DNA of 57,103 nucleotides from a virus, in IMG/VR virus record IMGVR_UViG_3300028666_000023, positions 1-57,103 of that record. One strand, 5' to 3'. The notes beneath the pieces are model-generated. The model was given only the letters and a program-made list of their open reading frames with translations. It had not been told where the DNA came from and searched no databases. Positions within the stretch are counted from its first letter, which is position 1. Each line of letters starts with the position of its first letter. Below are positions 1-10,000 of the stretch, in pieces. The translations under genes and the position numbers were made by a program.

Positions 1-891
1 CCCGAGGACGTTCCAGTATCGACCGGCGCCGGCGGAGCTGCCGCAGCGATCGCACGGCACCATCCACTCGCCCATCGTCGACATCGGTTTGCCGCGCGCG
101 GTGCCCGACCAGTAGTACTCGAGGGTGTTGTCGAGACTCTTGGGCGTGCCGGCGTAGACGAACGACTTCCAGTTCTCGGGTGCGTGTGAGCTTGACTGCT
201 CGATGACCGGGATGTTGTCCCCGAGAATGTCCTGGAGCTCGTCGATCATGATCTGCCACGCGGGGATACCGCGGCAGCGGTCGGCGTTGAGGAACGCGTA
301 GCGCAGCGTAATCTTCGAGCGGTTCACGAACTGCTTCTCGAAGACGTTCTGCTGCAACGCGGTCGTCGTGTACGAGCGCAGCACGTTGCTGGTCTCGAGC
401 GGCTCCTTGATACGGTCGACGCTGAAGGTCTTCGTCTGCGTGGCCGACGGCGAGACGTACAGCGTGCGGAAGCCGGGCACGAGGCACGAGAACGTGATCA
501 TGCGGTTGCCGAGGAGCGTCGACTTCTCGACCTGACGTCCGCACTTCAAGAGGATGCGCCGTGCAGGCGTGTCGTAGAGCCGCTTCATGTGACGGCGGCC
601 GTCGAAGGAGAAGTTCTCGTAGCCGAGACCCTCCTTGTCGATCATCCGAAACGCGAACTGCGTGAACTGTGAGGGGGAGATCGGGGGGATCTCGAGCTTC
701 GCCTTGGTCACATCGGTCTCGAAGATGGAGTCCTCGATGTAACCCGGCTCGGGGCACCAGGCGTTGCCGCGAACGATCTCCGAGAGCTCTTCATCCGAGA
801 GCTCGTCCTCTTCCCCGTAGTCGTAGTCGACGTCCGGCGGCGGAAGAAGATGAACTTGCTCGTGAGCGTGCGTATAACCGTAGTAGCTCAC
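1..891 (-). CDS. terL: Terminase large subunit, lambda GpA-like (3' end runs off the window)
   Basis: Hand translation (not in the ORF track because it has no stop in the window). Walker A-like LKCGRQVEKST, YVSPS, Walker B IMIDE, coupling motif AGTP, and CDRC. The GTG start at 891 is uncertain. Confidence 0.85.
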   Translation of the reverse strand, partial: MSYYGYTHAHEQVHLLPPPDVDYDYGEEDELSDEELSEIVRGNAWCPEPGYIEDSIFETDVTKAKLEIPPISPSQFTQFAFRMIDKEGLGYENFSFDGRRHMKRLYDTPARRILLKCGRQVEKSTLLGNRMITFSCLVPGFRTLYVSPSATQTKTFSVDRIKEPLETSNVLRSYTTTALQQNVFEKQFVNRSKITLRYAFLNADRCRGIPAWQIMIDELQDILGDNIPVIEQSSSHAPENWKSFVYAGTPKSLDNTLEYYWSGTARGKPMSTMGEWMVPCDRCGSSAGAGRYWNVLG

Positions 892-1224
892 GTGGACCCA
901 GTTCAACCTACTGCCACACCACAAGAGTGGCTAGAAAAATTGATTCTCTCCGTGAACCGCGCCGGCGAAACGTTCTCCGGATGGTGGGCCGGTGCGCCTG
1001 TCGATGCGCTGCGCCCAGAGTGGCGACTGACGGTGCGAACAACGCTGGGCGCGCTCACGAAAGAAGTACGAAAGCCGTTCGCGAAACTGGTGAAGGAACA
1101 CGCCAAGGAGAACGGCTGGCGTGTGACGCGAATCGACTACGCGCCGGGGTTCGTCGTGCTGTTCGTCGTGCCGCTCTTCATCACGGTGTCGAGCGCGGCG
1201 TCGAGCTTGTCGAAGAAGTTGTGA
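892..1224 (+). CDS. Hypothetical protein
   Basis: Part of ORF 850..1224 with coding-like codon usage from GTG 892. Overlaps the convergent gene by 88 bp. Confidence 0.45.
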   Translation: MDPVQPTATPQEWLEKLILSVNRAGETFSGWWAGAPVDALRPEWRLTVRTTLGALTKEVRKPFAKLVKEHAKENGWRVTRIDYAPGFVVLFVVPLFITVSSAASSLSKKL

Positions 1225-1583
1225 GCGAGCTTGTGCGGCTCGAGGACCATACCGGAGCCGAACGAGCGCATCCACCACGACGCCTGCTCTTCGACGTACG
1301 CGGCCTGTAGTCGCGGGTAGTCCGCCTTGAAGTACTCCTTCGCGAGGGGCTCGAGCATCGCAGGGAAGACCTTCAGCCAGTACTCGCGCGGGTCGGGCAG
1401 CTTCTGAATCTCGTCGGTCACGAAGAAGTGGAAGACGATGTCGCCATCCACGATCGCGTACTCCGCCTTGAACGTGGTGTAGCCGGTGACCTGCTGGAAG
1501 TGGAGCGGTTGTACGGGCAGCTCACGTTGTGCCTTCAGCTGCTGGTCCGCCACTACGTCCGGGATCTGATTCGCCATGCCCAT
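1137..1583 (-). CDS. Hypothetical protein
   Basis: 148-aa ORF with genome-typical codon usage and an AAGGA RBS-like sequence upstream. Confidence 0.75.
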   Translation of the reverse strand: MGMANQIPDVVADQQLKAQRELPVQPLHFQQVTGYTTFKAEYAIVDGDIVFHFFVTDEIQKLPDPREYWLKVFPAMLEPLAKEYFKADYPRLQAAYVEEQASWWMRSFGSGMVLEPHKLAHNFFDKLDAALDTVMKSGTTNSTTNPGA

Positions 1584-2493
1584 GTTCGCTGTCCTTCGGT
1601 TCTAGATCGACGGTGTGGTTTCCGCCAGTGAGCTGGTGCACATCGGGAAGCGGTTCCGCTTCGTTGGCGATGCTGAGCGCGCGAAGCTCCTCGTGCATCT
1701 GATCGCCCGGCTTGATGACCAGCTCGAGCATCTCGGAAAGCATACGCGCCCCGTTCACCAAGTTCACGAACTTCATGTGGTCGTTCGGCCCATCACGAAG
1801 AACTGCCTCGAGCGCCTTCTTCAGCGCGGCGTTGCGCGCGGAAGTCGCGCCGCTGCCGGCGTCGAAGTCCCGCGGTGCGAATCCCATGCGGGACTGCACG
1901 AGGAGCGCAGACTCGGGTGTATTCGGGAGCTCTGCGGCCTCCGCGCGCGCGTCCCGGTAGTACGCGCTCTTGAGGATGCTCTTGCGGTCCTTGAACTCCT
2001 TCAAGTCGTTCGAGAGGACTTCGATGCGCAACTGCATGAGAACCCGCAGGCCCGACGCGTCGAGCTTGTCGACGTCCCAGAAGCAGTGGGCATACGCGTC
2101 GATGGCGTCGACCGTACAAGGGATGCGCCACTGGAACCGGAGGAAGTTCGAGATCGCCTGCGCTGGCGCGTGCTGAATGAGCATCGCCTCGACGAACTCT
2201 TTGGCGCGCGCGTGGTCGAGGATGTTGAAGGCGATCTTCATCCCCATCTGTCGGTGGAAGAGGCGGAAGACGCCCTCATCGAGGAGGAAGTGCGCCGAGG
2301 CGCGGTGACGGTCGTCCTCTGGGTAGAACGGGCTCGGCGGCTTCAGCTTCTTCCGCAAGCGCTCGATGTACTCCTTGGAGATGTAGTCGAGCCCGAGATC
2401 TTGCAGCCTCTCCACGACCGCGTCGTCCGACAGCTTGTCGGGGAGAAGAAGCAGGTACTTGATATACGTCTCGGCGGGCGACCGAAGTCTCAT
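1522..2493 (-). CDS. Hypothetical protein (helical; possible packaging or head role)
   Basis: C-terminal part of ORF 1522..3240. The likely start MRLRSPAETY at 2493 overlaps the upstream stop (TGATG coupling). Confidence 0.75.
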   Translation of the reverse strand: MRLRSPAETYIKYLLLLPDKLSDDAVVERLQDLGLDYISKEYIERLRKKLKPPSPFYPEDDRHRASAHFLLDEGVFRLFHRQMGMKIAFNILDHARAKEFVEAMLIQHAPAQAISNFLRFQWRIPCTVDAIDAYAHCFWDVDKLDASGLRVLMQLRIEVLSNDLKEFKDRKSILKSAYYRDARAEAAELPNTPESALLVQSRMGFAPRDFDAGSGATSARNAALKKALEAVLRDGPNDHMKFVNLVNGARMLSEMLELVIKPGDQMHEELRALSIANEAEPLPDVHQLTGGNHTVDLEPKDSEHGHGESDPGRSGGPAAEGTT

Positions 2494-4712
2494 CAGGATT
2501 GCTGGAACGCGAGGATCTTGAGACCTTCGATGGTCTCCTCCGTCGTGCGGACGGCTTTCTCGAGTGCCGGAATGGGAATCTCGCGCAGACCGAGGCGCGC
2601 CGCAAGCAGAAGCTCGCACATCTTCTTCTGCGACTGGTCGATCGCCGGCAGGTACGAGATGAAGACGCCTAGGTTCTCGGGATTCAAGAAGCCGAGCGAG
2701 AGCACTGTGTCGACGGCGACCGGGTCGGGGATGACCGCCGCTTCCTTCATCAGATCGGCGCGCAGGTGCGAGACGTCCATCGAGACGACCTTCTTCGAGG
2801 CCTCCTTGACGGTCTCGTCCATGAAGTCCCTCGCCGTCTTGATGAAGCGGCCGACGCGGATGTCGGTGGGGCGGCTGAAGGCGACGGCCTCGCCGAGCTT
2901 CTTCATCGCGTAGTCGAGGTCCGTGCCGAGCGCGCCGAGGAGGAAGAGCGAGTCGTCCATCGACAAGAACTCGCACTCTTCCGCCGCGAGCTTCTCGATC
3001 GGGAACCCGGCGAACGAGAACGTCGAGCCGTCGGAGCGCACGGTGATCGACGCGAGCTTGCGTCGGACCTCGCCCTCCTTGTTGAACTCCTCGGGGGTGC
3101 TGACGAGCGCCGTGTTCTCGGCTTGGTCGAGCGGCATCCACGAGAAGGAGTCGGGGATCATGAGGTGGTCGCCGTCGGGCGACGCCATGATGTCCTCGAT
3201 GTTCGGCTGCACGACGATTTGCGCCGGGCGGCCATCCCACGTCTCAGCGTGGAGGATCACGCCGCCCTGCTCGGGGGAAGCGACGGTTGCCTTGACGGTC
3301 AGCGGCACGGTCGCCTTCGCGCCGGCCTCGCCGCCGCGGTAGAAGACACCGAGGCCGCGGGGGTGACCTTCGATGAGCTCTGCGCCCTCTCCGACGCCGA
3401 TGCCGACGATCTCTCCCTGCACCGCCATCTGGCTGCCGTTCGTGAAGAGCGCGATCGGCAGCTCCTTGCCGTCGATGTCGATGAGGTTCGGGAAGACGAA
3501 GCCGACGAGCTTGCGCCCGCCCTCGTCCTGGACCTCGTACATGCCGAAGTCCGAGATGAGCTCGGCAGGGCCCTGCTCGGCCTCACCCTCTCCAGCTGCA
3601 ACGCCATCGCCGAGCGACATCGTCGTGGAGCCCGCCATGTCCGCCGCGAGGACGACCTTGTCGCCGAAGATGTGCATGGCCTCACCGCGATCGATGCGGC
3701 GCTCCTTCGGCAGCCAGAAGCTCGCCGCAGCCGTCTTCAGCGTGTAACCCTGCGCCTCCTTGCGGAGCTGCGCAACGGTCGGCTTGATACGCTCGAGGAT
3801 CGCGGCCGCGCGCTTCTCGTTGCTCGGCTGCTGGTACACCGCGAGGGTCTCCAGCGCTTGCTTCGTGTACACCGCATTCGCGACGTACTGCGCCTCGAGG
3901 CCTTGGTCCGCGGCGATCTTCCCGAAGAAGCTGTTCACGAGCGTGAGATTCAGCGTCGGCCGAATGGCCTCGAGGAGCGACGGCATCTCGTCCTCCGCGG
4001 CCTTTGCCATGCGCTGCGCAGCAATGTTGCCTGCGAGGAGCGTCTTCTGACCCGCTGCAGCTGCGCCACTGGCGACCTGCTGCGCGCCGCGACCGAGGAG
4101 CGACTTCGAAGCGCTCGCGAGGCCCGCAGGGTCGGTCTGCTTCTTCAAGTACGAGCCGATGGTCGACATGTTGAGCGCTTCTTTGTCCGCGCCCTCCTTG
4201 CCCATGCCGACACTCATCGACGCGCCACCGCCGCCGAAGCCGTAGTTCTGGCGGTACGGCGGGTAGAGCTGCCCGATCATCGACATGTCACCCGGGCCGC
4301 GGCCCGTGATGTCGAAGGCCTGCGGGCGGAAGATCGCCTGACGCAGACGCGACTCCGTGAGCGGCAGAACTTCCGAGCCGTCGGTGACGAGGAGGTCCAG
4401 CGGCTGGAGCTTGCGCTCCTTGATGATGACGGGGATGCGCGCGTTCTTGATGCCCGCCGCTGCCATCGCATCCGCCGGTGCGCCGTGTTGAATCTCGGTC
4501 TTGTTCTGGACCTCGATGTGCCCGAAGCCGTAGCCGCGCTCCGCGTCCACCTTGTCCATGACGACTTGGGGCTCGAAGTCAGCAATATAAGGCACGCTTT
4601 TGTACAACTCTTGAACGATCTCACCAGGCCACTCGTTAGGGTCTTCGGGGAGCATCACTTCGGCGGACGTCTTCGTGAACGTCAAATCGGGCTCAAAGAA
4701 GAGCGGCTGCAT
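2493..4712 (-). CDS. Putative virion head protein rich in K-x-A motifs
   Basis: 739-aa ORF on the structural strand with repeated KEA, KAA, KIAA, KRAA, KTAA, KLAS and KEAS motifs. Function is inferred. Confidence 0.7.
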   Translation of the reverse strand: MQPLFFEPDLTFTKTSAEVMLPEDPNEWPGEIVQELYKSVPYIADFEPQVVMDKVDAERGYGFGHIEVQNKTEIQHGAPADAMAAAGIKNARIPVIIKERKLQPLDLLVTDGSEVLPLTESRLRQAIFRPQAFDITGRGPGDMSMIGQLYPPYRQNYGFGGGGASMSVGMGKEGADKEALNMSTIGSYLKKQTDPAGLASASKSLLGRGAQQVASGAAAAGQKTLLAGNIAAQRMAKAAEDEMPSLLEAIRPTLNLTLVNSFFGKIAADQGLEAQYVANAVYTKQALETLAVYQQPSNEKRAAAILERIKPTVAQLRKEAQGYTLKTAAASFWLPKERRIDRGEAMHIFGDKVVLAADMAGSTTMSLGDGVAAGEGEAEQGPAELISDFGMYEVQDEGGRKLVGFVFPNLIDIDGKELPIALFTNGSQMAVQGEIVGIGVGEGAELIEGHPRGLGVFYRGGEAGAKATVPLTVKATVASPEQGGVILHAETWDGRPAQIVVQPNIEDIMASPDGDHLMIPDSFSWMPLDQAENTALVSTPEEFNKEGEVRRKLASITVRSDGSTFSFAGFPIEKLAAEECEFLSMDDSLFLLGALGTDLDYAMKKLGEAVAFSRPTDIRVGRFIKTARDFMDETVKEASKKVVSMDVSHLRADLMKEAAVIPDPVAVDTVLSLGFLNPENLGVFISYLPAIDQSQKKMCELLLAARLGLREIPIPALEKAVRTTEETIEGLKILAFQQS

Positions 4713-4718
4713 ACAAGA

Positions 4719-4724
4719 AGCCTA
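4719..4724 (-). promoter_or_regulatory. Extended -10-like box (TGc-TAGGCT) 6 nt before ATG; possible leaderless promoter
   Basis: Same geometry as at 23908-23913, 42541-42546 and 49845-49850. Confidence 0.4.
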
Positions 4725-4746
4725 GCAACATCGACGCGGCGGGGGA

Positions 4747-4762
4747 ATAAGGATCATGGAGG
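4747..4762 (+). promoter_or_regulatory. ATAAG-type phage promoter candidate
   Basis: ATAAGGATCATGGAGG; the motif recurs at seven transcription-unit starts. Confidence 0.6.
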
Positions 4763-4768
4763 CCCCCC

Positions 4769-5251
4769 ATGAAGCAATGTTCAAAATGCGGCGGACCAGG
4801 GCCGTTCGGAAAACACCACGGCACCAAAGACGGGCTGCAGTACTGGTGCAAGACCTGTCAAAAGATTCTTTCAGCTGCACGCTACAAAGCGAACCCGACC
4901 GAGTATGCCCACAAGCACCAGCAGTACCGAACGACATTTCGGGAACGACACCCAGAACGGCTGCTGTGGACATTTGCGCGTCGCAGAGCGAAGGCGTTGG
5001 CGTACCCGTTCAATATAGAACCCGAGGACATCATCATCCCAGAAACCTGCCCGCTGCTGGGCATCCCTCTCATCAGGAGTAACGGCTACGCGACGGACAA
5101 TACGCCATCTCTGGATCGCAAGAACGCCCAACTTGGGTACATCAAGGGCAACGTCTGGGTCATCTCTTACAGAGCGAACAGGCTGAAGAGCGACGCCACC
5201 CTCGAAGAACTCGAGCTGCTCGTCAGAAATCTGCGGGCCTCCATGGGATAA
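4769..5251 (+). CDS. HNH-type homing endonuclease with N-terminal Zn ribbon
   Basis: CSKC...WCKTC N-terminus; CPLLGIPL...PSLDRKNAQLGYIKGNVWVISYRANRLK beta-beta-alpha-Me signature typical of phage HNH nucleases. Confidence 0.85.
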   Translation: MKQCSKCGGPGPFGKHHGTKDGLQYWCKTCQKILSAARYKANPTEYAHKHQQYRTTFRERHPERLLWTFARRRAKALAYPFNIEPEDIIIPETCPLLGIPLIRSNGYATDNTPSLDRKNAQLGYIKGNVWVISYRANRLKSDATLEELELLVRNLRASMG

Positions 5252-5263
5252 GAACTATGGAGG
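5248..5263 (+). promoter_or_regulatory. ATAAG-type phage promoter candidate
   Basis: ATAAGAACTATGGAGG; its TAA is also the HNH stop codon. Confidence 0.55.
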
Positions 5264-5273
5264 CAACACCACA

Positions 5274-5795
5274 ATGCGCATCAACCTGAAGGCCGCTGTT
5301 CTTCGAAGCGGACTCACACAATACCAAGTCGCACAACAAGTAGAGATGAACGAGTCCCGCTTCAGCCGCATCATGAGCGGGCGCATCTCACCCACAGCGG
5401 AAGAGCGCATCGCCATCGCACGCATCCTGAATGTGCCGCTCGAATTGAGCAGTGCGCTGTGGGACCCGCAGCAGAAAGTTCGGAGCGAACACGCAATGCA
5501 AAACGCGGTCGCAAAGGTAGCAGCACCCAACACCAGCCTCGATCTCGAGTCGCTGAGGAAAGATCACCCACAGGTAGTGGAAGCTATCGAAGGGGTCTTT
5601 GCTCAAGCCGACCTCAAACTGCGCTTTATTCTCCTGAGGCTTGCGTCGGAGCGTCTGGGCAAGGAGGCGCTCACGCAGGAGCTCAAGGCGCTGAACCAAC
5701 GTACTGCCGAAGTACTTCTACTCGATCTGCTCGAGTTGGAGATTCGGCATCGCCGGCACCAAATCGAACAACAGAAACGGGCGGAGGGGGCGTAG
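5274..5795 (+). CDS. XRE-family helix-turn-helix regulator
   Basis: LKAAVLRSGLTQYQVAQQVEMNESRFSRIMSGRISPT is a Cro/CI-type HTH. Confidence 0.8.
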   Translation: MRINLKAAVLRSGLTQYQVAQQVEMNESRFSRIMSGRISPTAEERIAIARILNVPLELSSALWDPQQKVRSEHAMQNAVAKVAAPNTSLDLESLRKDHPQVVEAIEGVFAQADLKLRFILLRLASERLGKEALTQELKALNQRTAEVLLLDLLELEIRHRRHQIEQQKRAEGA

Positions 5796-5815
5796 TTCGC
5801 CCTTTCTTAGCTACT
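5785..5815 (+). terminator. Hairpin plus CTTAGCTACT tail at a convergent junction
   Basis: AGGGGGCG-tagtt-CGCCCTTT, then CTTAGCTACT. The same tail occurs at 17766 and 40252. Confidence 0.55.
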
Positions 5816-7044
5816 CACGCGAGGACGTTGTTGTTGCCCGAGGCGATCTTTCCGACGAAGGGTCCCGTAGTTGTAATCGTTGCCACCGCCGGAACACCAG
5901 CCTGCGGGCTCGCGGAGAACGTGATGGAGCAGGGCGCGCTCACGAGATCGGTGTTCACCGTGTCTCCGATGCGGCCGACGGGAATCTGCCCTTCCTTCAA
6001 CCGGATGACGCTGCCCTTCAGCGCAACGAACTGCCCGCCGTCGATCGTTGCGCCGTTCACCGCCTTCAGCGCGAAGCTGTCCTTCGTCGAGACGGAGATG
6101 GCACCCTGCACGTCGAACGTCAGCGTCTTGTCGAGCTTGAAGTACACGTTGCCCTCGACGCGCAGGAGGGTGTTGCCCGCGCGGTCGAAGACGAAGCGCA
6201 GCACGGAGTTCGAGACGGTGCTCGAGTTGGCTTCTTCCCCGCTCTCGGCGACGAACCCCTTCGGGCTGACGGCGACCTCGTAGATGACAGGGCTGTTCGG
6301 GTCTTGGCCCACGCCAGCAGCGCTCGCGGCTGCGCCACCGTCCGGGTCGCTCATCGGCTGGTAGACCTTGCCCATCGACATGCGGATGTCGGCGTACTGG
6401 TCATCCGCGAAGATGCGCATCGTGTGTTGGTACTGCGTCGGGAACTTCGTGTTCGACGGACCGTCCTGCAGTCCCCACGTGATCGAGCCGCCGGCGTTGT
6501 CGTGCGAGTAGTTCTCGCTGATGTCGCGTATCTGGTTGTTGAGCGGCAGGTAGATGCGCTGCGCGAGCTCGGTGGCGCCAACCTGAAGAACGCCGCCGCG
6601 GTGCAGGATGACGAAGTTGCCGTCGCGCGTGCGCATCCAGATGTCGCCGAGCTTCGCTGTCGGGCGCCCGCCTTGGAACGACGCGTCGGTTGTATTGGGA
6701 GTCGTCGAGCTATGCGACGTGGTCCCTTGAGGCGCGTCGGTGCTCGAATCGTCCACCATCTCGTTGGCCATCACGAAGGCGATGACGAACGGAGGCGAGC
6801 TGTCGGAGGGGATGCAGACGACGGCCTTGCAGCCGATCTCCGGGATGACGTAGATGCCCTCGCCATTCGAGTGGTGCAAGTACGGCGAGCCGACCTGGAT
6901 GTTGAAGTACTTCATCCGGTCGAACTGCGCGGCCACGTCGATCGTCCACTTCACCAGGTTCACGTTCATCACGCGACCCTGCACGATCTTCGCTGCATCG
7001 TGCCCAGCGACACTCGTGAACGACGTTCTGAAGCGGGTGGTCAT
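5815..7044 (-). CDS. Baseplate central spike protein (gpV/gp5-like OB fold, beta-rich shaft, PAAR-like tip motif)
   Basis: N-terminal GRVMNVN...GEGIYVIPEIGCKAVV OB-fold pattern, repeated short beta strands, and C-terminal PVGRIGDTV...GKIASGNNNVLA. Confidence 0.65.
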   Translation of the reverse strand: MTTRFRTSFTSVAGHDAAKIVQGRVMNVNLVKWTIDVAAQFDRMKYFNIQVGSPYLHHSNGEGIYVIPEIGCKAVVCIPSDSSPPFVIAFVMANEMVDDSSTDAPQGTTSHSSTTPNTTDASFQGGRPTAKLGDIWMRTRDGNFVILHRGGVLQVGATELAQRIYLPLNNQIRDISENYSHDNAGGSITWGLQDGPSNTKFPTQYQHTMRIFADDQYADIRMSMGKVYQPMSDPDGGAAASAAGVGQDPNSPVIYEVAVSPKGFVAESGEEANSSTVSNSVLRFVFDRAGNTLLRVEGNVYFKLDKTLTFDVQGAISVSTKDSFALKAVNGATIDGGQFVALKGSVIRLKEGQIPVGRIGDTVNTDLVSAPCSITFSASPQAGVPAVATITTTGPFVGKIASGNNNVLA

Positions 7045-7047
7045 CTC

Positions 7048-10000
7048 TCAATAGTGGTGCGCGGGGACGTTCTTCAAGTATTCGCGCCCGGGCGTGGTGG
7101 AGTCCTTCGACGTCAGGCCGAACTCCGCACCGAAAGCCATGCCGGGAATCGGGTGGGTTCCGTGCAGGTGCGAGACGCCATTCTCCGAAGCAGCTTCGAG
7201 GAGGGTGTCCCGCAGGTGATTGTGCTGCAGCTTCGCCATCCAGTCATCCTGGATTTCGAGCGGCAGGACGCCAACGCCCTTCAGCACCGGCTTGTGGTCG
7301 ATGGGCTTCTGTTTTGCGGCCTTGAGCTCCTCGTTCATCCGGAAGATGACCGACGTCGGGCGGTACTCACCACGAAGCACCGTCGGGTGGTCGCCGGGGT
7401 CGGTGACCTCGCTGAGGTTGCTCATCGCCTTCACCGTGGTCTCGATGATGCGGCGCTTCACGCCCTCGCCCTTGTAGAGGTTCGAGATCTCGTTCGTCAT
7501 CTGGTTCTGGACCTTCTCGATGGAGCCCGTCGCCTTGTACAGGTCGTGGAGGTTCAGGATGGTGCGGTTGGGATCGGAGAGGTGTTGGCCTGCCTGCACG
7601 TGCAGACCGACCTGCGGCGGTTCCCACCGCACGTAGTCGGGCGACAGCCGCGCGCGCGTGAGGTCTTCGTGCAATGGTTGGCCACTCGTGTCCTTGCCGA
7701 CATGATGACGCTCGCCGCCGATGATGATGTCGACGCCGGTCGCCGTCGGTTCGATCTTCTCGATCTTGCCGCTCTTCATCGCGAGCGATGCCGCATTCGG
7801 CACCTTCTCCGGCAGGGTGTAGAGCTGCTGCAGACGGTTGAAGGAGCTGAGGAGCTTCGAGCCACCGAGCTCCTGCACGCCGCCGGTGTGGAAGCTCTTG
7901 AGCGTGAGCTGCATCGCGCGCTCGCCGATGGTCTGCGCGGACTGCAGTCCGATGTTCGTGCCGAGGGGGAAGTGCTGTCCGGTGGCGCCGAGACCCATGC
8001 ACTTCTGGCAGAGGCCCTTCTCCTCTTCGCACTTGAGTGGGCTGCGGACGACGACTTGCGTCTCCTTCGCCGCGCGCATCTTCCCGATGATGTCGGGGGT
8101 GAGCATCGTGTCCTTCGGGATGTGCATCTTCCCGTGGGTGAAGTCCTGCTGCATGTAGCGGCCGATGAGGTCGGGCTCGTCGATGCCGAGAGAGACGCCC
8201 TTGGTCGTCCCGCAGTCGTGGGAGTTCACGAGCATGTGCATCATGCTCGCGACCATCTGCTTCGAGAGGTAGCCCGGGTCGCGGACCTCCTGCACCTTCA
8301 TGACGGAGCCGCGCCGGGCGCCGTGCATCTGCGTCCAGTAGCCGCCGATGTCGAGGCCTTCGGCGTAGCTCTTCGTGACGGGCGTGGGGATGGTGCGATC
8401 GGCGGAGTCCTTGAGCAACATCGGCGCGAGCACCATCTGCTTGTACTGATCCCAGCCCGGCTTCACCTGCGCCTTGAGCATCGTGAAGAGGTTGCTCGCT
8501 TTGTCCTCGGCATCGAGCTTGTCGGCCTCGGACATGTGCAGCTTCTTCATCTCCTCTGAGGCCTTCGTGTAGAGGTCGATGGCCTGGCGATCTTGCTCGC
8601 TGCGGGGGAGCTTGGTGTTCTCGTAGAGCTTCTTCACCTGCGGCTCGTACTTCCCGAGAACGGCGTCGCGGACATGCTTGTCCGGAGTGAAGTCGTCGAG
8701 CGCCAACGTGTGCGTGCCGACGGGGATGAAGACCTGCTTCGAGAGGTCGTGCGTCGCGACGGGCGTCTGATCGAGCTTGCGGAAGGAGAGCGCGTGGCCC
8801 GCTGAGGTGGGACGGGGCAGCGCGACGGCGCCGAACGCGGTTCCGTTGCCAAGGTCCTTCAGTCGGTTGACCGCCGCGCCGAAGTCTGGCGAGTGGTCCT
8901 TGGCGATCGTCGTGAGCATCTCATCGAGTCCGCCACGATTGAGGCGGTAGTCCAAGTTCTCGAGGACGTGCTTCTGCATCGGCTGCGGGACTGCGCTCGC
9001 GATGAGGACGCGGCCCGGCGTCGTCTTCGCAGAGCCGAGACGCACGATGTCGTGCATCTTCACGTCGCCCTTCTTCATCGCGTCGATGACTTCACCGGGG
9101 TGGAAGAACTTCTTCCCCGAGTCCTTGCCCACGCGCGAGAGCTTGTAGAGACCGAGCGCGCTCTCGAGCGTCGGCTGGTACATCACCTTGCCCGTCGCCT
9201 CGCTGAAGAGGTTGTTCGACGGATACATCTTCTTTGCCTCGTCGATCGCCTCGCGCGTGATGGGCACGTAGATACTCATCGTGTCGCCGTCGAAGTCGGC
9301 GTTGTAGCCGGACGTGACGAGCGGGTGGATCTGCACCGCGTTGCCGACGACGGGTCGTGCCTTGAAGGCCTGCACCGAGTACTTGTGCAGCGCGGGGTCG
9401 CGCTTCATGAGCACGGGGCGCTCGGCCATCACACGCTCGAGGGCCTTCCACACGACGGGCGGCTTCTTCTCGAGCAGCGGGCCGTACTCGCCAAAGCCCG
9501 GCGTCTTGATCGCGCCCATCTGCTTCAGCTCGTGGACGACGAACGGTCGGAACAAGTCGAGCGCAGCGTTGCGAGGGATGCCAACCTCGTCGAGACCGAG
9601 CGCGGGTTCGGGCACGATCGTCGAGCGCATCGTGAGGTCTTGCCGGCGCTCCACCATCACGTTCTGGAAGAAGCCGTCCTTGGGCTTGCCGCCGGAGATC
9701 TGGTGGAGGATGCCCTTGTGCTTCACGTCGTCGTACGGGAAGCCGACGCCCATCAAGCGCCGCACGCCGTCATAGTAGTCCCGGCGGAGGTCCGACTTGC
9801 CGGCGTCGGTGAGGTTCTTCTTGAGGATCGGGTCCTTCAGCTTGTCGTTGATCTTGGCGAAGTCGGAGTACAGCTGGTTCAGGTCCGCGAACTTCAGCGA
9901 GCCGTCGGGCAACGTCGACACGGGGCGCATCACCGGTGGGATGACCGGCAGGTTGTGGAGGACGTAGGCCTGCGAGGGTTCGTAGTCGAGGTCCTTCAGC

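Noticed and set aside
5274-5795. Lysogeny module implied by the XRE regulator
   Set aside because: No integrase, att-like repeat or divergent repressor pair in the window; lifestyle cannot be determined.
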